Source of the DNA: Verrucomicrobiota bacterium
GTDB lineage: Bacteria > Verrucomicrobiota > Verrucomicrobiia > Limisphaerales > CANJXF01
Direction: 5' to 3'
DNA: 64,000 bases
Assembly (NCBI GenBank): GCA_038214755.1
Contig: JBBQRQ010000002.1
Location: forward strand, 47,882 to 111,881
Both the position numbers and the translations under genes were made by a program. The notes below the pieces were generated by a model. The model saw only the letters and a list, made by a program, of their open reading frames with translations. It did no database searches and was not told where the DNA came from. This document shows, piece by piece, positions 55,023-64,000 of the stretch (its first letter is position 1; every line of letters starts with the position of its first letter).

Positions 55023-55813
55023 TTCGCGACCTTGCTTAAGTTTTTCGCGCAACGAAAACCAAGGTTGTGGACAGTGTAATCCATTTGGAGACTGCTGCGA
55101 AAACCGAATCGCATGAACGCCGGATAATCGCCGCGATCTTTCGCATCTTTTGCGCCGCCGCCGCAGACTGCTTCGGCCATTCCCAGCGCAGTGTAAAAAT
55201 CTCCCGTCCATTCCCACACAAGACCGTGCAAATCCTGTACTCCGAAAATATTTGCGCGATTGCTGCCAACGTTCGGCAACGTGTCGGGTGACGGACTGGA
55301 ATACCACGCCAGAATTTGTTTTTGGAAAGCTGCGTCGTTTTTGCCGTCGGCGCGCGTGGGGCTGGCGGCACCAACGTATTCCCATTCGGCGACGGTCGGC
55401 AATCGTTTGTTGCGCCATTGCGCGTAAGCTTTGGCGGCGTAATACGAGACAAATGTCACCGGCGCATTTTTGATTTTCTCATCGAACTGCAAATCCCCTG
55501 ACCATTGCTTGAGATAAAGTTCATCGGCGGCGGCGTGGTTGACTTGCGAACGACGCCACTTCGGATTCGCCCGAACAAATTCCAAAAATCCCTCGTTGGT
55601 CACCGGGCAAATATCCAAATAAAATTCTTCGACGGGAATTTGATTGGTTGCGCTCACTTTGCGGAATGGCGGCGTGTAGATTCCTTGTGGGATAAGTGCC
55701 ATTCCAATCGGCGACAACGGCGCGACGGTTTGAGCCATCGGGCAAATCACGCCGCCCAACAAAACGAGCGCAAGAACCAGCCACCCGGTAATTTTCGTTT
55801 GCTCACTTTTCAC
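55019..55813 (-). CDS. nirV: Formylglycine-generating-enzyme-family protein (NirV-like)
   Basis: SUMF1/FGE motifs (GLVWEWTGDFY, RFGFRS, LGFRCAK). It lies immediately downstream of nirK. Confidence 0.65.
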   Translation of the reverse strand: MKSEQTKITGWLVLALVLLGGVICPMAQTVAPLSPIGMALIPQGIYTPPFRKVSATNQIPVEEFYLDICPVTNEGFLEFVRANPKWRRSQVNHAAADELYLKQWSGDLQFDEKIKNAPVTFVSYYAAKAYAQWRNKRLPTVAEWEYVGAASPTRADGKNDAAFQKQILAWYSSPSPDTLPNVGSNRANIFGVQDLHGLVWEWTGDFYTALGMAEAVCGGGAKDAKDRGDYPAFMRFGFRSSLQMDYTVHNLGFRCAKNLSKVAN

Positions 55814-55821
55814 GATTGATT

Positions 55822-57360
55822 TTACTCGAATTGGCTCGAGGCCGATGGCGGAGCGGGCGCTTCGGCGCGAATGACGCGGACTTCATTCGCGTTCACGGCA
55901 TCGCCGGAATTGCCGAAACTGTTGCGCACATAAGTCAGGACATTCGCAATATCGTCATCCGACAGATAATTTAACGGCGTCATAATTCCGTTATATTTTT
56001 TCCCATTCACCACGATTTCGCCGGAGCGTCCTTGCAACACACCGCGAATCGATCCAACTTTGTCCGCCATCAAAGCATCCGATTTCGCCAGCGGTGGAAT
56101 CTGGTTTGGAATTCCTTCTCCGTTCAGTTGGTGACAAACAAAACAAGTCTGCATGAAAACGCCTTTGCCTTTTTCCATTTGAATTTCTTTCGTCAGGCTG
56201 GCGATTTTCGGATTGCTTTGAATCTCTTCCTTGCGGGCGGCACGAAGTTCTTCCACTTTTTTCTCAGAACTGGAACCGGTTCCAGCCTGGCGTCCCAGAT
56301 AAACTGCATCCACTTCTTTGCCGGAATACGCGAGAAGATTCGGTTCGCCTTCCACTTTTAACATACCGAGCGCGCCTTTGTTGAATGCGCGAAAGATCGA
56401 GTGATCCACCAGCACATAAGTCCCCGGCACTTCGACTTTGAACTCAACGATCGCCGCGCCCCCGGAAGGAATGAGGGTGGTTTGCACATTATGTTGCGAC
56501 GGAATCATGCCGCCTTCCTGGTAAACAGTGTCGAAAATTTCGCCGATGACATGGAAGGACGAAACCAGATTTGGCCCGCCGTTGCCCACGAACAACCGGA
56601 CACGTTCACCGACTTTGGCCGTGAGAGCGCGCTCGCCCACGAGTGAATTGACCGCGCCGTTGAATACGACATACGAAGGGCGTTCATCAACGGCCTTATT
56701 CATATCGAAAATTTGCAACCCTTCTTCGCCAAACTTTCCTGCCGTGTAGAACTCGCCTTGCATCACATAATATTCCTTGTCCACCGGCGGAAGCCCTTCT
56801 TTCGGTTCGACGAGAATCAACCCATACATCCCATTGCCGATGTGCATCCCGACCGGCGCGGTGGCGCAATGATAAACGTAAAGCCCCGCATTGAGCGCTT
56901 TGAAAGAGAATTGCGAACTATGTCCCGGCGCAGTGAAAGATGACGCCGCGCCGCCGCCCGGCCCCGTCACTGCATGAAGATCAATGTTGTGCGGCATTTT
57001 ATTGTTCTGATGATTATTCAAATGGAACTCGACCTGATCGCCTTCGCGAATTCGGATAAAACTTCCCGGCACGTCACCGCCGAACGTCCAGAAAACGTAA
57101 TCCACCCCGTCGGACAATCGCTTCATCACCTCAATCACTTCCAGGGTGACGCGAACTTTGGTCGAATGAGAACGCTTGAGCGGTGGCGGAACATGCGGCG
57201 CTTGCGTCACCACAGCGACTTCCTCACCAGTGACGGAGGGATCAACCGGTTTTGCACTGGCGGAATTTGGCGATTGAGCCGCGACGTCCGCAGCGATGAG
57301 TTGAGCGGTCATTGACATCAGCGTCAGTACGCACGTGAGTCCCAGTTTTTGTTTGTTCAT
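55822..57360 (-). CDS. nirK: Copper-containing nitrite reductase with a C-terminal cytochrome c domain
   Basis: Cu ligand motifs [39 protein letters not shown] and VDHS. C-terminal CFVCHQ haem motif. Confidence 0.9.
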   Translation of the reverse strand: MNKQKLGLTCVLTLMSMTAQLIAADVAAQSPNSASAKPVDPSVTGEEVAVVTQAPHVPPPLKRSHSTKVRVTLEVIEVMKRLSDGVDYVFWTFGGDVPGSFIRIREGDQVEFHLNNHQNNKMPHNIDLHAVTGPGGGAASSFTAPGHSSQFSFKALNAGLYVYHCATAPVGMHIGNGMYGLILVEPKEGLPPVDKEYYVMQGEFYTAGKFGEEGLQIFDMNKAVDERPSYVVFNGAVNSLVGERALTAKVGERVRLFVGNGGPNLVSSFHVIGEIFDTVYQEGGMIPSQHNVQTTLIPSGGAAIVEFKVEVPGTYVLVDHSIFRAFNKGALGMLKVEGEPNLLAYSGKEVDAVYLGRQAGTGSSSEKKVEELRAARKEEIQSNPKIASLTKEIQMEKGKGVFMQTCFVCHQLNGEGIPNQIPPLAKSDALMADKVGSIRGVLQGRSGEIVVNGKKYNGIMTPLNYLSDDDIANVLTYVRNSFGNSGDAVNANEVRVIRAEAPAPPSASSQFE

Positions 57361-57674
57361 AGATGTGTGTAGTTCTTCTTCCAGTAATTGTTGGGAATAT
57401 CGTCACTCTTTGGGGAACGCCCCAGTGTGACAGCTGTTGCAAATGGCTGGGTTATATCTAAAGCAAAAATCTTATTTCCCACATACGGTGTTATACCCAT
57501 CACAAATCGCTTAAGCCCAAACCGCTCTTGGGATAAATTTGGTTTTACCTTCATTAGCATAGAATTTCTTCCAGAACGATGAGCGAAATTTGAAGTAGTC
57601 ACTAACCGTCCCTTGTTGATTCGTGAACATTTCTTGTTAGTTGCCCGAATAAAGCCGACAATCGAGGTCGAATC

Positions 57675-58562
57675 GTGCCGCAAATTCCCAACAAAAAACT
57701 CATTGAGCATTTGAGCCGCTCGAAAATCTATCAGGATTACGAACGCGCTTTCACTGAAGCTACGGGCCTTCCGCTGACCTTGCGTCCCACTGAATTGTGG
57801 CAACTCGCGCAGCACCAAAACAAAAATCAAAACGAATTTTGCTCATTAATGGCACAGCACAGTCGAACGTGTGCTGCTTGCCTGGATGTCCAACAGCAAT
57901 TAAGCGAAAACACTGCTGAAGATTCCAAAACAGTCACCTGTTTCGCCGGATTGTCTGACACCGGTGTTCCGGTTCGCGTCGGCGATCAACTCATTGGTTT
58001 CCTCCAGACCGGCCAGATTCTCCTGAAGAAACCGACGCGTGCCCAATTTGCGCGCACCACAAAACAGCTCCTTGAATGGGGATTGAAAATTGATTTGAAC
58101 AAACTGGAAGAGGCCTATTTTCACACCCGGCTTTTAACCCGCAAACAATATGAATCGATGGTGCGTTTGCTGACGATTTTCGGGCAGCACCTCTCGCTGG
58201 TGGCCAACCAGATTACCCTTCAACAGGAAAATTCTGAGACGCCCGCCATTTCTCGCGCAAAAAAATTTATCAACGAACATCAATCAGAAGATCTTTCGCT
58301 GGGACAAGTCGCGCAGGCCGTGAACACGAGCACGTTTTATTTCTGTAAAATATTCAAGAAAGCGACCGGGCTGAATTTTACCGATTACCTCTCACGTCTT
58401 CGCATCGAGAAAGCAAAAAATCTTCTACTCAATCCGAATTCACGCGTGAGCGAAATCGCGTACGAAGTCGGTTTCCAATCCCTCACCCATTTCAATCGCG
58501 TGTTCAAAAAAATCACCGGCCAATCGCCCACGAAATTTCGCGCGAAGTTATCTTCCAATTGA
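57675..58562 (+). CDS. AraC-family transcriptional regulator with an N-terminal PocR-like sensor region
   Basis: C-terminal HTH (LSLGQVAQAVNTSTFYFCKIFKKATG...EIAYEVGFQSLTHFNRVFKK). GTG start. Confidence 0.8.
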   Translation: MPQIPNKKLIEHLSRSKIYQDYERAFTEATGLPLTLRPTELWQLAQHQNKNQNEFCSLMAQHSRTCAACLDVQQQLSENTAEDSKTVTCFAGLSDTGVPVRVGDQLIGFLQTGQILLKKPTRAQFARTTKQLLEWGLKIDLNKLEEAYFHTRLLTRKQYESMVRLLTIFGQHLSLVANQITLQQENSETPAISRAKKFINEHQSEDLSLGQVAQAVNTSTFYFCKIFKKATGLNFTDYLSRLRIEKAKNLLLNPNSRVSEIAYEVGFQSLTHFNRVFKKITGQSPTKFRAKLSSN

Positions 58563-59143
58563 AGGCTCTGGTGGAAATTTGCATTCTGGCCGGCGGACTC
58601 AGTTCGCGCATGGGCCGGAATAAATCCCAACTGCGTCTGGGTGGGAAAACTTTACTCGGACACATCCGCAGAACGGCGAAAGCCTTGGATCTTCCGGTGC
58701 GCGTGATTCGACGAGATCTCGTTCCGCGTTGCGGGCCGCTCGGCGGAATTTACACCGCTTTAAAAACGACTCGCGCAGATGTTGTTCTCTTTCTGGCGTG
58801 CGATATGCCGCTGGTCAGCGAACCGCTTTTAAAAAAATTCCTGAAGCGAACGGCGCGAACAAACGCCATTTTCATCTGGAGCAACGGCGCGGCGGGATTT
58901 CCATTTCTGCTGAATAAAAACACGCTTCCGCTGGTCCAGAAGCTCATGCAAGAAAAACATTTCTCTCTTCAGACATTGGCGAGAGAAACTGGCGCGAAAC
59001 ATTTCCGGGTCAGTCGTGCCTTCGCCGACGATTTGCTCAACCTGAACACGCCCGCCGATTGGAGCAAACTCCAGAAAACTTTTCGCGAAAAAGAACTGAA
59101 CTTTGGGAAGGGCAGCTTGTCAATTGATGACGCGACAGTATGA
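58559..59143 (+). CDS. mobA: Molybdenum cofactor guanylyltransferase
   Basis: ILAGGLSSRMGRNKSQL and LFLACDMP motifs. TTG start; the exact start is uncertain. Confidence 0.7.
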   Translation: MKALVEICILAGGLSSRMGRNKSQLRLGGKTLLGHIRRTAKALDLPVRVIRRDLVPRCGPLGGIYTALKTTRADVVLFLACDMPLVSEPLLKKFLKRTARTNAIFIWSNGAAGFPFLLNKNTLPLVQKLMQEKHFSLQTLARETGAKHFRVSRAFADDLLNLNTPADWSKLQKTFREKELNFGKGSLSIDDATV

Positions 59144-59150
59144 TTCTCCT

Positions 59151-60113
59151 ATGCGATTCCTGAGTTTATTTTGTCTGATGTTGACCGGATTGCCATTCGC
59201 GAACGCAGCGACGGTTCAGTTAAAAGACAAAGCTTCCGTCACTGGAAAAATTCTCACTGAAAAACGTGATCAGGTGGTCGTTGATATTGGCTACACCGCT
59301 CTTGTCATTCCGCGCAATCAGATCGTAAAAATTTTACAAAACGATGCCGCGCTGGTTGCGACGAAAAGCGACGTGCCTGCGATTCAAGTTCCCCTCGTCC
59401 AGATCAAGCAAGGCATGTTCACCACCTCCACCAAGCCGTTGCCGGAACGCAGTGTGCGGGAGTTAGTGAACCAGCTCGGCGAATCCGTGGTGCAAGTGCG
59501 AACTCCCGGCGGACTTGGCTCGGGATTCATCATCAATGACGAAGGTTTTTTGATTACAAATTTCCACGTGATTGAAGGTGAGACGCAAATTTCCGTTGAG
59601 GTTTACCAACAGAAAAATGGCGAACTGGATCGGAGCAGTTACAAACAAGTGAGAATTATCGCGATCAACAAATTTCAAGATATTGCGCTCTTGAAAATTG
59701 AAGACAAAGACGCGCCTAAGTTTTCCCGTGTTTCGCTGGGCGATTCGGAAGCGCTCTCGGTGGGTGAACGTGTTTTCGCCATCGGCAGCCCACTTGGACT
59801 TGAACGCACGGTTACGGAAGGAATCGTCAGCACCAAGACTCGCCAACTCCAGGGCGATCTCTATTTGCAAACCACGGCGCAGATCAATCCTGGCAACAGC
59901 GGCGGACCGCTTTTCAACATGCGCGGCGAAGTGATCGGGATCACGAACATGAAAATTACTTTCGGCGAAGGTCTAGGTTTTGCGATTCCAATTGAAGCCG
60001 TTAAATTTTTCCTCAACCATCGCGACGCCTACGCTTACGACAACGACAATCCGAGCAACCCATTTCGTTATCTCGAACCGCCCAGCCGTTCCAAACAAGG
60101 CGTTGAAAAATAA
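59151..60113 (+). CDS. Trypsin-like serine protease (S1C/HtrA-like, no PDZ seen)
   Basis: GSGFIINDEGFLITNFHV, DIALLKI and NPGNSGGPLFN form the catalytic triad contexts. Has a signal peptide. Confidence 0.8.
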   Translation: MRFLSLFCLMLTGLPFANAATVQLKDKASVTGKILTEKRDQVVVDIGYTALVIPRNQIVKILQNDAALVATKSDVPAIQVPLVQIKQGMFTTSTKPLPERSVRELVNQLGESVVQVRTPGGLGSGFIINDEGFLITNFHVIEGETQISVEVYQQKNGELDRSSYKQVRIIAINKFQDIALLKIEDKDAPKFSRVSLGDSEALSVGERVFAIGSPLGLERTVTEGIVSTKTRQLQGDLYLQTTAQINPGNSGGPLFNMRGEVIGITNMKITFGEGLGFAIPIEAVKFFLNHRDAYAYDNDNPSNPFRYLEPPSRSKQGVEK

Positions 60114-60151
60114 TTCCAGCGGCGCAATCTCCGATTAACTTTTCCAAAAAC

Positions 60152-62029
60152 ATGAAACATCGCTTTTTATTCACGACGCTCCTTTTTTCTTTTCTCGCCC
60201 GCGCAATCGCTGAACTCCCGCCTGCTGAAAAATTGCTGCCGAACGACACGTTGGTTTTGCTCACGACGCCCGAAGTGACGAAGTTTTGTGACGCTTTCAA
60301 AACTTTGCCGCAAAGCCGGCTTTGGAATGACGTGGCGATGAAACCGTTTCGAGAAAAATTCACGAGCAAATTTAAAGCAGACCTGGTGGTGCCGCTGGAG
60401 AAAGAACTCGGCATTAAATTTTCCGACTACCAAAATTTGGCTCAGGGGCAATTTACTTTTGCGCTGACGCAAAACGGCTGGCAGGGAAAAACCAATGAAT
60501 CTCCGGGATGGATATTTCTCCTCGATACGAAAGACAAAAGCAGCATTTTGAAAACAAACCTGACCAGGCTGAAAGAAAAATGGGTCGAGTCCGGCAAACA
60601 AATCAAGGCGGAGAAGATTCGCGATCTGGAGTTCACCACGTTGATTACTTCGACCGATGTTCTCGCTGATCTGCTGGGAAAAATTTTGCCGAGCGGCACC
60701 GGGGAAAGCGATGAGCCAAAACCTCCTGGTCGGAAATTGGAAATCACCATTGGCCAAAGCGGTTCGCTGCTCCTCGTCGGCAACGCGCTCAACGTGATCG
60801 AAAAAGTTTTGGCTCATCAGAGCGGCGGTCTCGCGCCCTCGTTGGCGGAGGAAGCGGCCTACGCGGCGAATCACAATTCCATGTTGCGCGATGCCCCTTT
60901 TTATTTCTGGGTAAACGTGAAGCCGCTCGTGGAAATTTTTACCCGGCAGGCGGCCAACAAACCTTCCGATAATCCGCTGGCGCCCAAGCCGGAGAAACTG
61001 GTGGCCTCGACCGGCATTGGCAACTTGAAAACGATTGCGTTCAGTTATCGCATCGCGGACGCCGGAACAGCCATGCAACTTTCTCTCGGCGTTCCTGAAG
61101 CCAATCGCCAGGGCCTTTTTAAAATGCTGGTCGCGGAATCGAAGGAGGCCAGTCCGCCCACTTTTGTTCCGGCGGACGCGACGAAGTTTATTCGCTGGCG
61201 GCTCAACCTGCCAAAGGCGTGGACGGGCCTGGAGGAAATGCTGACGGATATTTCTCCCGCCGTCGGGGGCGCGTTCAAGTTGATTTTTGAATCCGCCGGA
61301 AAAGACAAGGACCCGAATTACGATTTAAAGAAAGAGTTGCTCGCCAATCTCGGTGATGACCTGATCAATTATGAAAGGAAATCGGCTGCGGGAGCGCTGA
61401 CGGATTTAGCTTCGCCGCCCTCGATTTACCTTCTGGGTTCGGCAACTCCCGACAAACTCGCCAGCGCTTTCAAAGTGGGAATGACGCTGCTTTCTCCGAC
61501 GCCATTGGAGGAACGGGAATTTCTCGGCCGAAAAATTTATAAGATGCCGCCCTCGCCGCTTTTGTCGAATGATCCAAAAAAGCCCGGTCGCAATTTGAAT
61601 TTTTCTGCGAGTGGCGGCTATCTGGCTTTCTCCAGCGACGTGGCCATGCTCGAAGAATTTTTGCGCAGCAGCGATACGAAAGCAAAGGCACTCTCCGAAA
61701 TTACCGGCTTCAAAGAGGCGGCTGAAAAAGTGGGCGGAACGGGGGCAGGTTTGTTCGGTTATCACAATCGAACGGAAGAAATGCGCGCGACCTTCACGGC
61801 CTTAAAAAATCAATCGGTCACGTTGGCTGATTTGCTAAAAAATCCCGCCATCGCCGCCAAGACTCCCGCCGAGGTGAAAAAGATTAACGAATGGGCCGAT
61901 TTTTCGCTGCTGCCCTCTTACGACAACGTTTCAAAATATTTCTATTATTCCGTTTACGGCGGCGCTTTTAACGCCAATGGATTTACGATGAAGTTTTTCT
62001 ATCCCACGCCACCGCAATTGAAGAAGTAA
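60152..62029 (+). CDS. Hypothetical secreted protein
   Basis: Signal peptide MKHRFLFTTLLFSFLARAIA. 625 aa with no recognised domain. Confidence 0.5.
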   Translation: MKHRFLFTTLLFSFLARAIAELPPAEKLLPNDTLVLLTTPEVTKFCDAFKTLPQSRLWNDVAMKPFREKFTSKFKADLVVPLEKELGIKFSDYQNLAQGQFTFALTQNGWQGKTNESPGWIFLLDTKDKSSILKTNLTRLKEKWVESGKQIKAEKIRDLEFTTLITSTDVLADLLGKILPSGTGESDEPKPPGRKLEITIGQSGSLLLVGNALNVIEKVLAHQSGGLAPSLAEEAAYAANHNSMLRDAPFYFWVNVKPLVEIFTRQAANKPSDNPLAPKPEKLVASTGIGNLKTIAFSYRIADAGTAMQLSLGVPEANRQGLFKMLVAESKEASPPTFVPADATKFIRWRLNLPKAWTGLEEMLTDISPAVGGAFKLIFESAGKDKDPNYDLKKELLANLGDDLINYERKSAAGALTDLASPPSIYLLGSATPDKLASAFKVGMTLLSPTPLEEREFLGRKIYKMPPSPLLSNDPKKPGRNLNFSASGGYLAFSSDVAMLEEFLRSSDTKAKALSEITGFKEAAEKVGGTGAGLFGYHNRTEEMRATFTALKNQSVTLADLLKNPAIAAKTPAEVKKINEWADFSLLPSYDNVSKYFYYSVYGGAFNANGFTMKFFYPTPPQLKK

Positions 62030-62042
62030 TTTTCCGCGCAGG

Positions 62043-62195
62043 GTAGCATCTGCCTCCGGCGGGTGCGACCTGAATTCGAGGTTCGATGTTGGATGTTCGA
62101 TGTTGGATGTTCGATGTTAATTGTTTTCTAAACATCGAACACTGAACATCCAACATCGAATTGGTAAATCCGCACCTGCCGGAGGCAGATGCTAT
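62043..62195. repeat. REPIN-like pair (GTAGCATCTGCCTCCGGCGGGTGCGA family) enclosing a heptamer-arm hairpin
   Basis: Outer arms are gtagcatctgcctccggcgggtgcga and cgcacctgccggaggcagatgctat. Inside, ttcgatg ttggatg ttcgatg ttggatg ttcgatg pairs with aacatcg aacactg aacatcc aacatcg. Confidence 0.85.
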
Positions 62196-62203
62196 CCTTC
62201 GTT

Positions 62204-64000
62204 TCATTCCTGGGGATAAAGTAAAATCCGATCATGCACCAAAAGAATGAGGTCGTTCTTTCCGTCGCCGGTCACGTCGGCCACGACCGCTTCCCGCGGC
62301 TCAGCCAGATCATTGCGACGGGAACGGAATGTTCGCTCTTCAAACACGGGCCACCGATTCGCCGGAACAAGCTGATGGGGCGCTTCGAACAAAACCATGT
62401 CCACGTAATTTCTGGCTGTCTCCAGAAAGACCAGGTCTTTGCGTCCGTCATTATTTAGATCTCCAGAAATCACATCATTCAATCGGCCGTCCTTGATCGG
62501 GGTTTCGTAGCCATCCAGTTCGGAAAATTCCCACGTTTGACCGGAAAGTTTCATCCACGCGACTGAATTATTTCCGAGAAAAGCGACGCTATTGGCGTTG
62601 GTCGATTTCAAACCGATACTTTGCAACTCGGCGAAATCCGTCACGGGCAGAAAAATATTTCGCAACACCTGCCACACGCCGGCCTTGTCCCGCTCCGAAA
62701 GCGTCAACGCCTTGCGTTCCGCATCGAGCAAAAACAGAGATGGAATTTTATTAGTCCCATTGAGCAAAGGAGTCGCCCCGACGATTCGCGAATTACTCGA
62801 CGCGCCGTTGATCTGTTCCTTGACTACAAACGACCACGATGGACGGGCCGCCGTGCCTTTATTTTGCGTATCGGATTTCAACACGACGGCGCGCAAGAAA
62901 TTTTTCTGGGCGAGAAGCAATTCCGGTTTGCCATCTCCATCCACGTCCGCCGCGCTCAACCACGGCTGTTCGACCGCGCCGCCCGGCGGGACAATGTCCT
63001 GCTCGTCAAAACTTTTTCCGGACACTTGCAATAAAATCTTAATTTTTTCATACGGAATTAAAATCACCACATCAGGAAGTCCATCCTGATTGACATCGTG
63101 AATGGCCATCGCGCTCGGATTGGATTTGAAAGTTTCGCTCAGACGCTGCGTGCGAATTTTTTCATCCGCTGTCCGCGTCACCAACACGCGGCGGCTGTCC
63201 TGTTCCAGAACGACGGCCAAAACCGGTTTTCCTTGCTGATCGATTTTCCCAACCGCCATGGCCAGCGGTTTTCCCTCAAACGGAAGAATGGTGGGAAAGG
63301 CAATTCGACCGCTCTTGTCCAAATGCGTCACTCCAATTTGCCGCTCGTCCGCGCTCAAAAGAAAAATCTCCATCACCCCATCTCCATCCCAATCGGCGAC
63401 GGCCAATGCGCTGACGCCCGTCAAGGTGGGAAATTTTTTCGCAGCGCCCAGCGTCCCATCGGGCTTTTGAAAATAAACGGTGAGTTGTCCGCTGTCCGGT
63501 TCGCTCACAAGCAAATCGGCCAGCTTGTCGCCGTTGATGTCCGCCCAAAGAATTCCGCGATGGGCGCGACTGGTTTTATTCAGGGGAAGAACCTGAAATT
63601 GCCCTTTGCGAAAACTTTCATTCAATGGCTCGGCTGGTTTCAAAACGAAATTGGAAACCTGCGCGCGCCCGGAATTTTGCGCGATGGTGATGATTTCCGT
63701 TTTGTGGTCTCCATCCAAATCGTCCGCCCAATACGAACGAATCGCCGGCAACGCAAAATGGATTTCTGGACCGAGTTGCCCATCCGCATTTTGCAAACGA
63801 AAACGAAATGGGTTTGGGCTGTCCCAGTTGACCAGTAACAAATCTTCGCGACCATCCCCATCGACGTCCAAAACTTGAATCGCTTTGACCACGTCAGTGA
63901 ATGGAATTTTCTCCGGTTCACCCAAAGTTTTATCCTCGTTCTGATAAAATGCGTAAATGTGACTGTCGCCGAGCAAGAGCAGATCCGTTCGGCCATCACC
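62204..64000 (-). CDS. FG-GAP/VCBS repeat protein (N-terminus outside window)
   Basis: Recurrent DxDGDGxxDLLL motifs (DVDGDGREDLLL, DLDGDHKTEIIT, DWDGDGVMEIFL, DVDGDGKPELLL, DVTGDGKNDLIL). The frame stays open to base 64000 (GDGRTDLLLL). Confidence 0.75.
   Translation of the reverse strand, partial: GDGRTDLLLLGDSHIYAFYQNEDKTLGEPEKIPFTDVVKAIQVLDVDGDGREDLLLVNWDSPNPFRFRLQNADGQLGPEIHFALPAIRSYWADDLDGDHKTEIITIAQNSGRAQVSNFVLKPAEPLNESFRKGQFQVLPLNKTSRAHRGILWADINGDKLADLLVSEPDSGQLTVYFQKPDGTLGAAKKFPTLTGVSALAVADWDGDGVMEIFLLSADERQIGVTHLDKSGRIAFPTILPFEGKPLAMAVGKIDQQGKPVLAVVLEQDSRRVLVTRTADEKIRTQRLSETFKSNPSAMAIHDVNQDGLPDVVILIPYEKIKILLQVSGKSFDEQDIVPPGGAVEQPWLSAADVDGDGKPELLLAQKNFLRAVVLKSDTQNKGTAARPSWSFVVKEQINGASSNSRIVGATPLLNGTNKIPSLFLLDAERKALTLSERDKAGVWQVLRNIFLPVTDFAELQSIGLKSTNANSVAFLGNNSVAWMKLSGQTWEFSELDGYETPIKDGRLNDVISGDLNNDGRKDLVFLETARNYVDMVLFEAPHQLVPANRWPVFEERTFRSRRNDLAEPREAVVADVTGDGKNDLILLVHDRILLYPQE

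Noticed and set aside
57616-57629. FNR/NnrR-type box (TTGAT-N4-ATCAA) in the nirK-araC intergenic region
   Set aside because: Only the left half-site matches (TTGATtcgtGAACA). That is not enough to call a binding site.

Overview
This 64-kb chromosomal segment holds about 60 protein genes. I saw no rRNA and no canonical tRNA. The gene content suggests a Verrucomicrobiota/Planctomycetota-like environmental bacterium, which is inference only: a delta-60 repeat protein, a MoxR-DUF58-BatA-type operon, FG-GAP proteins and very dense GTAG-headed palindromic repeats. Housekeeping genes include an ECF sigma factor, rnhB, yraN, dus, an mnmD-like gene, manC, trpA, rpsB-tsf and mobA. Recognisable modules are: (1) a Mpa/ARC-type ATPase plus a Pup-ligase-family protein; (2) a long MoxR/DUF58/BatA/vWA/DUF4159 operon interrupted by a toxin-antitoxin pair and preceded by a decayed IS; (3) an MglA-type GTPase with roadblock proteins and a DUF4388 response regulator; (4) a nitrite/NO cluster (nirK with a fused cytochrome c domain, nirV-like, nnrS, hemerythrin, globin). 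The most unusual stretch is 31.2-39.7 kb. All genes there are on the minus strand: RtcB, a PDDEXK nuclease, two DUF4143 ATPases, an ATP-dependent RNA ligase and truncated HNH genes, with duplicated gene ends around the ATPase cassettes. It is followed by about 1.3 kb with no intact ORF (one decayed gene fragment), carrying four tRNA-like modules that share a non-canonical T-loop, separated by hairpins whose arms are tandem heptamers. All calls rest on reading motifs by eye; no searches were run.
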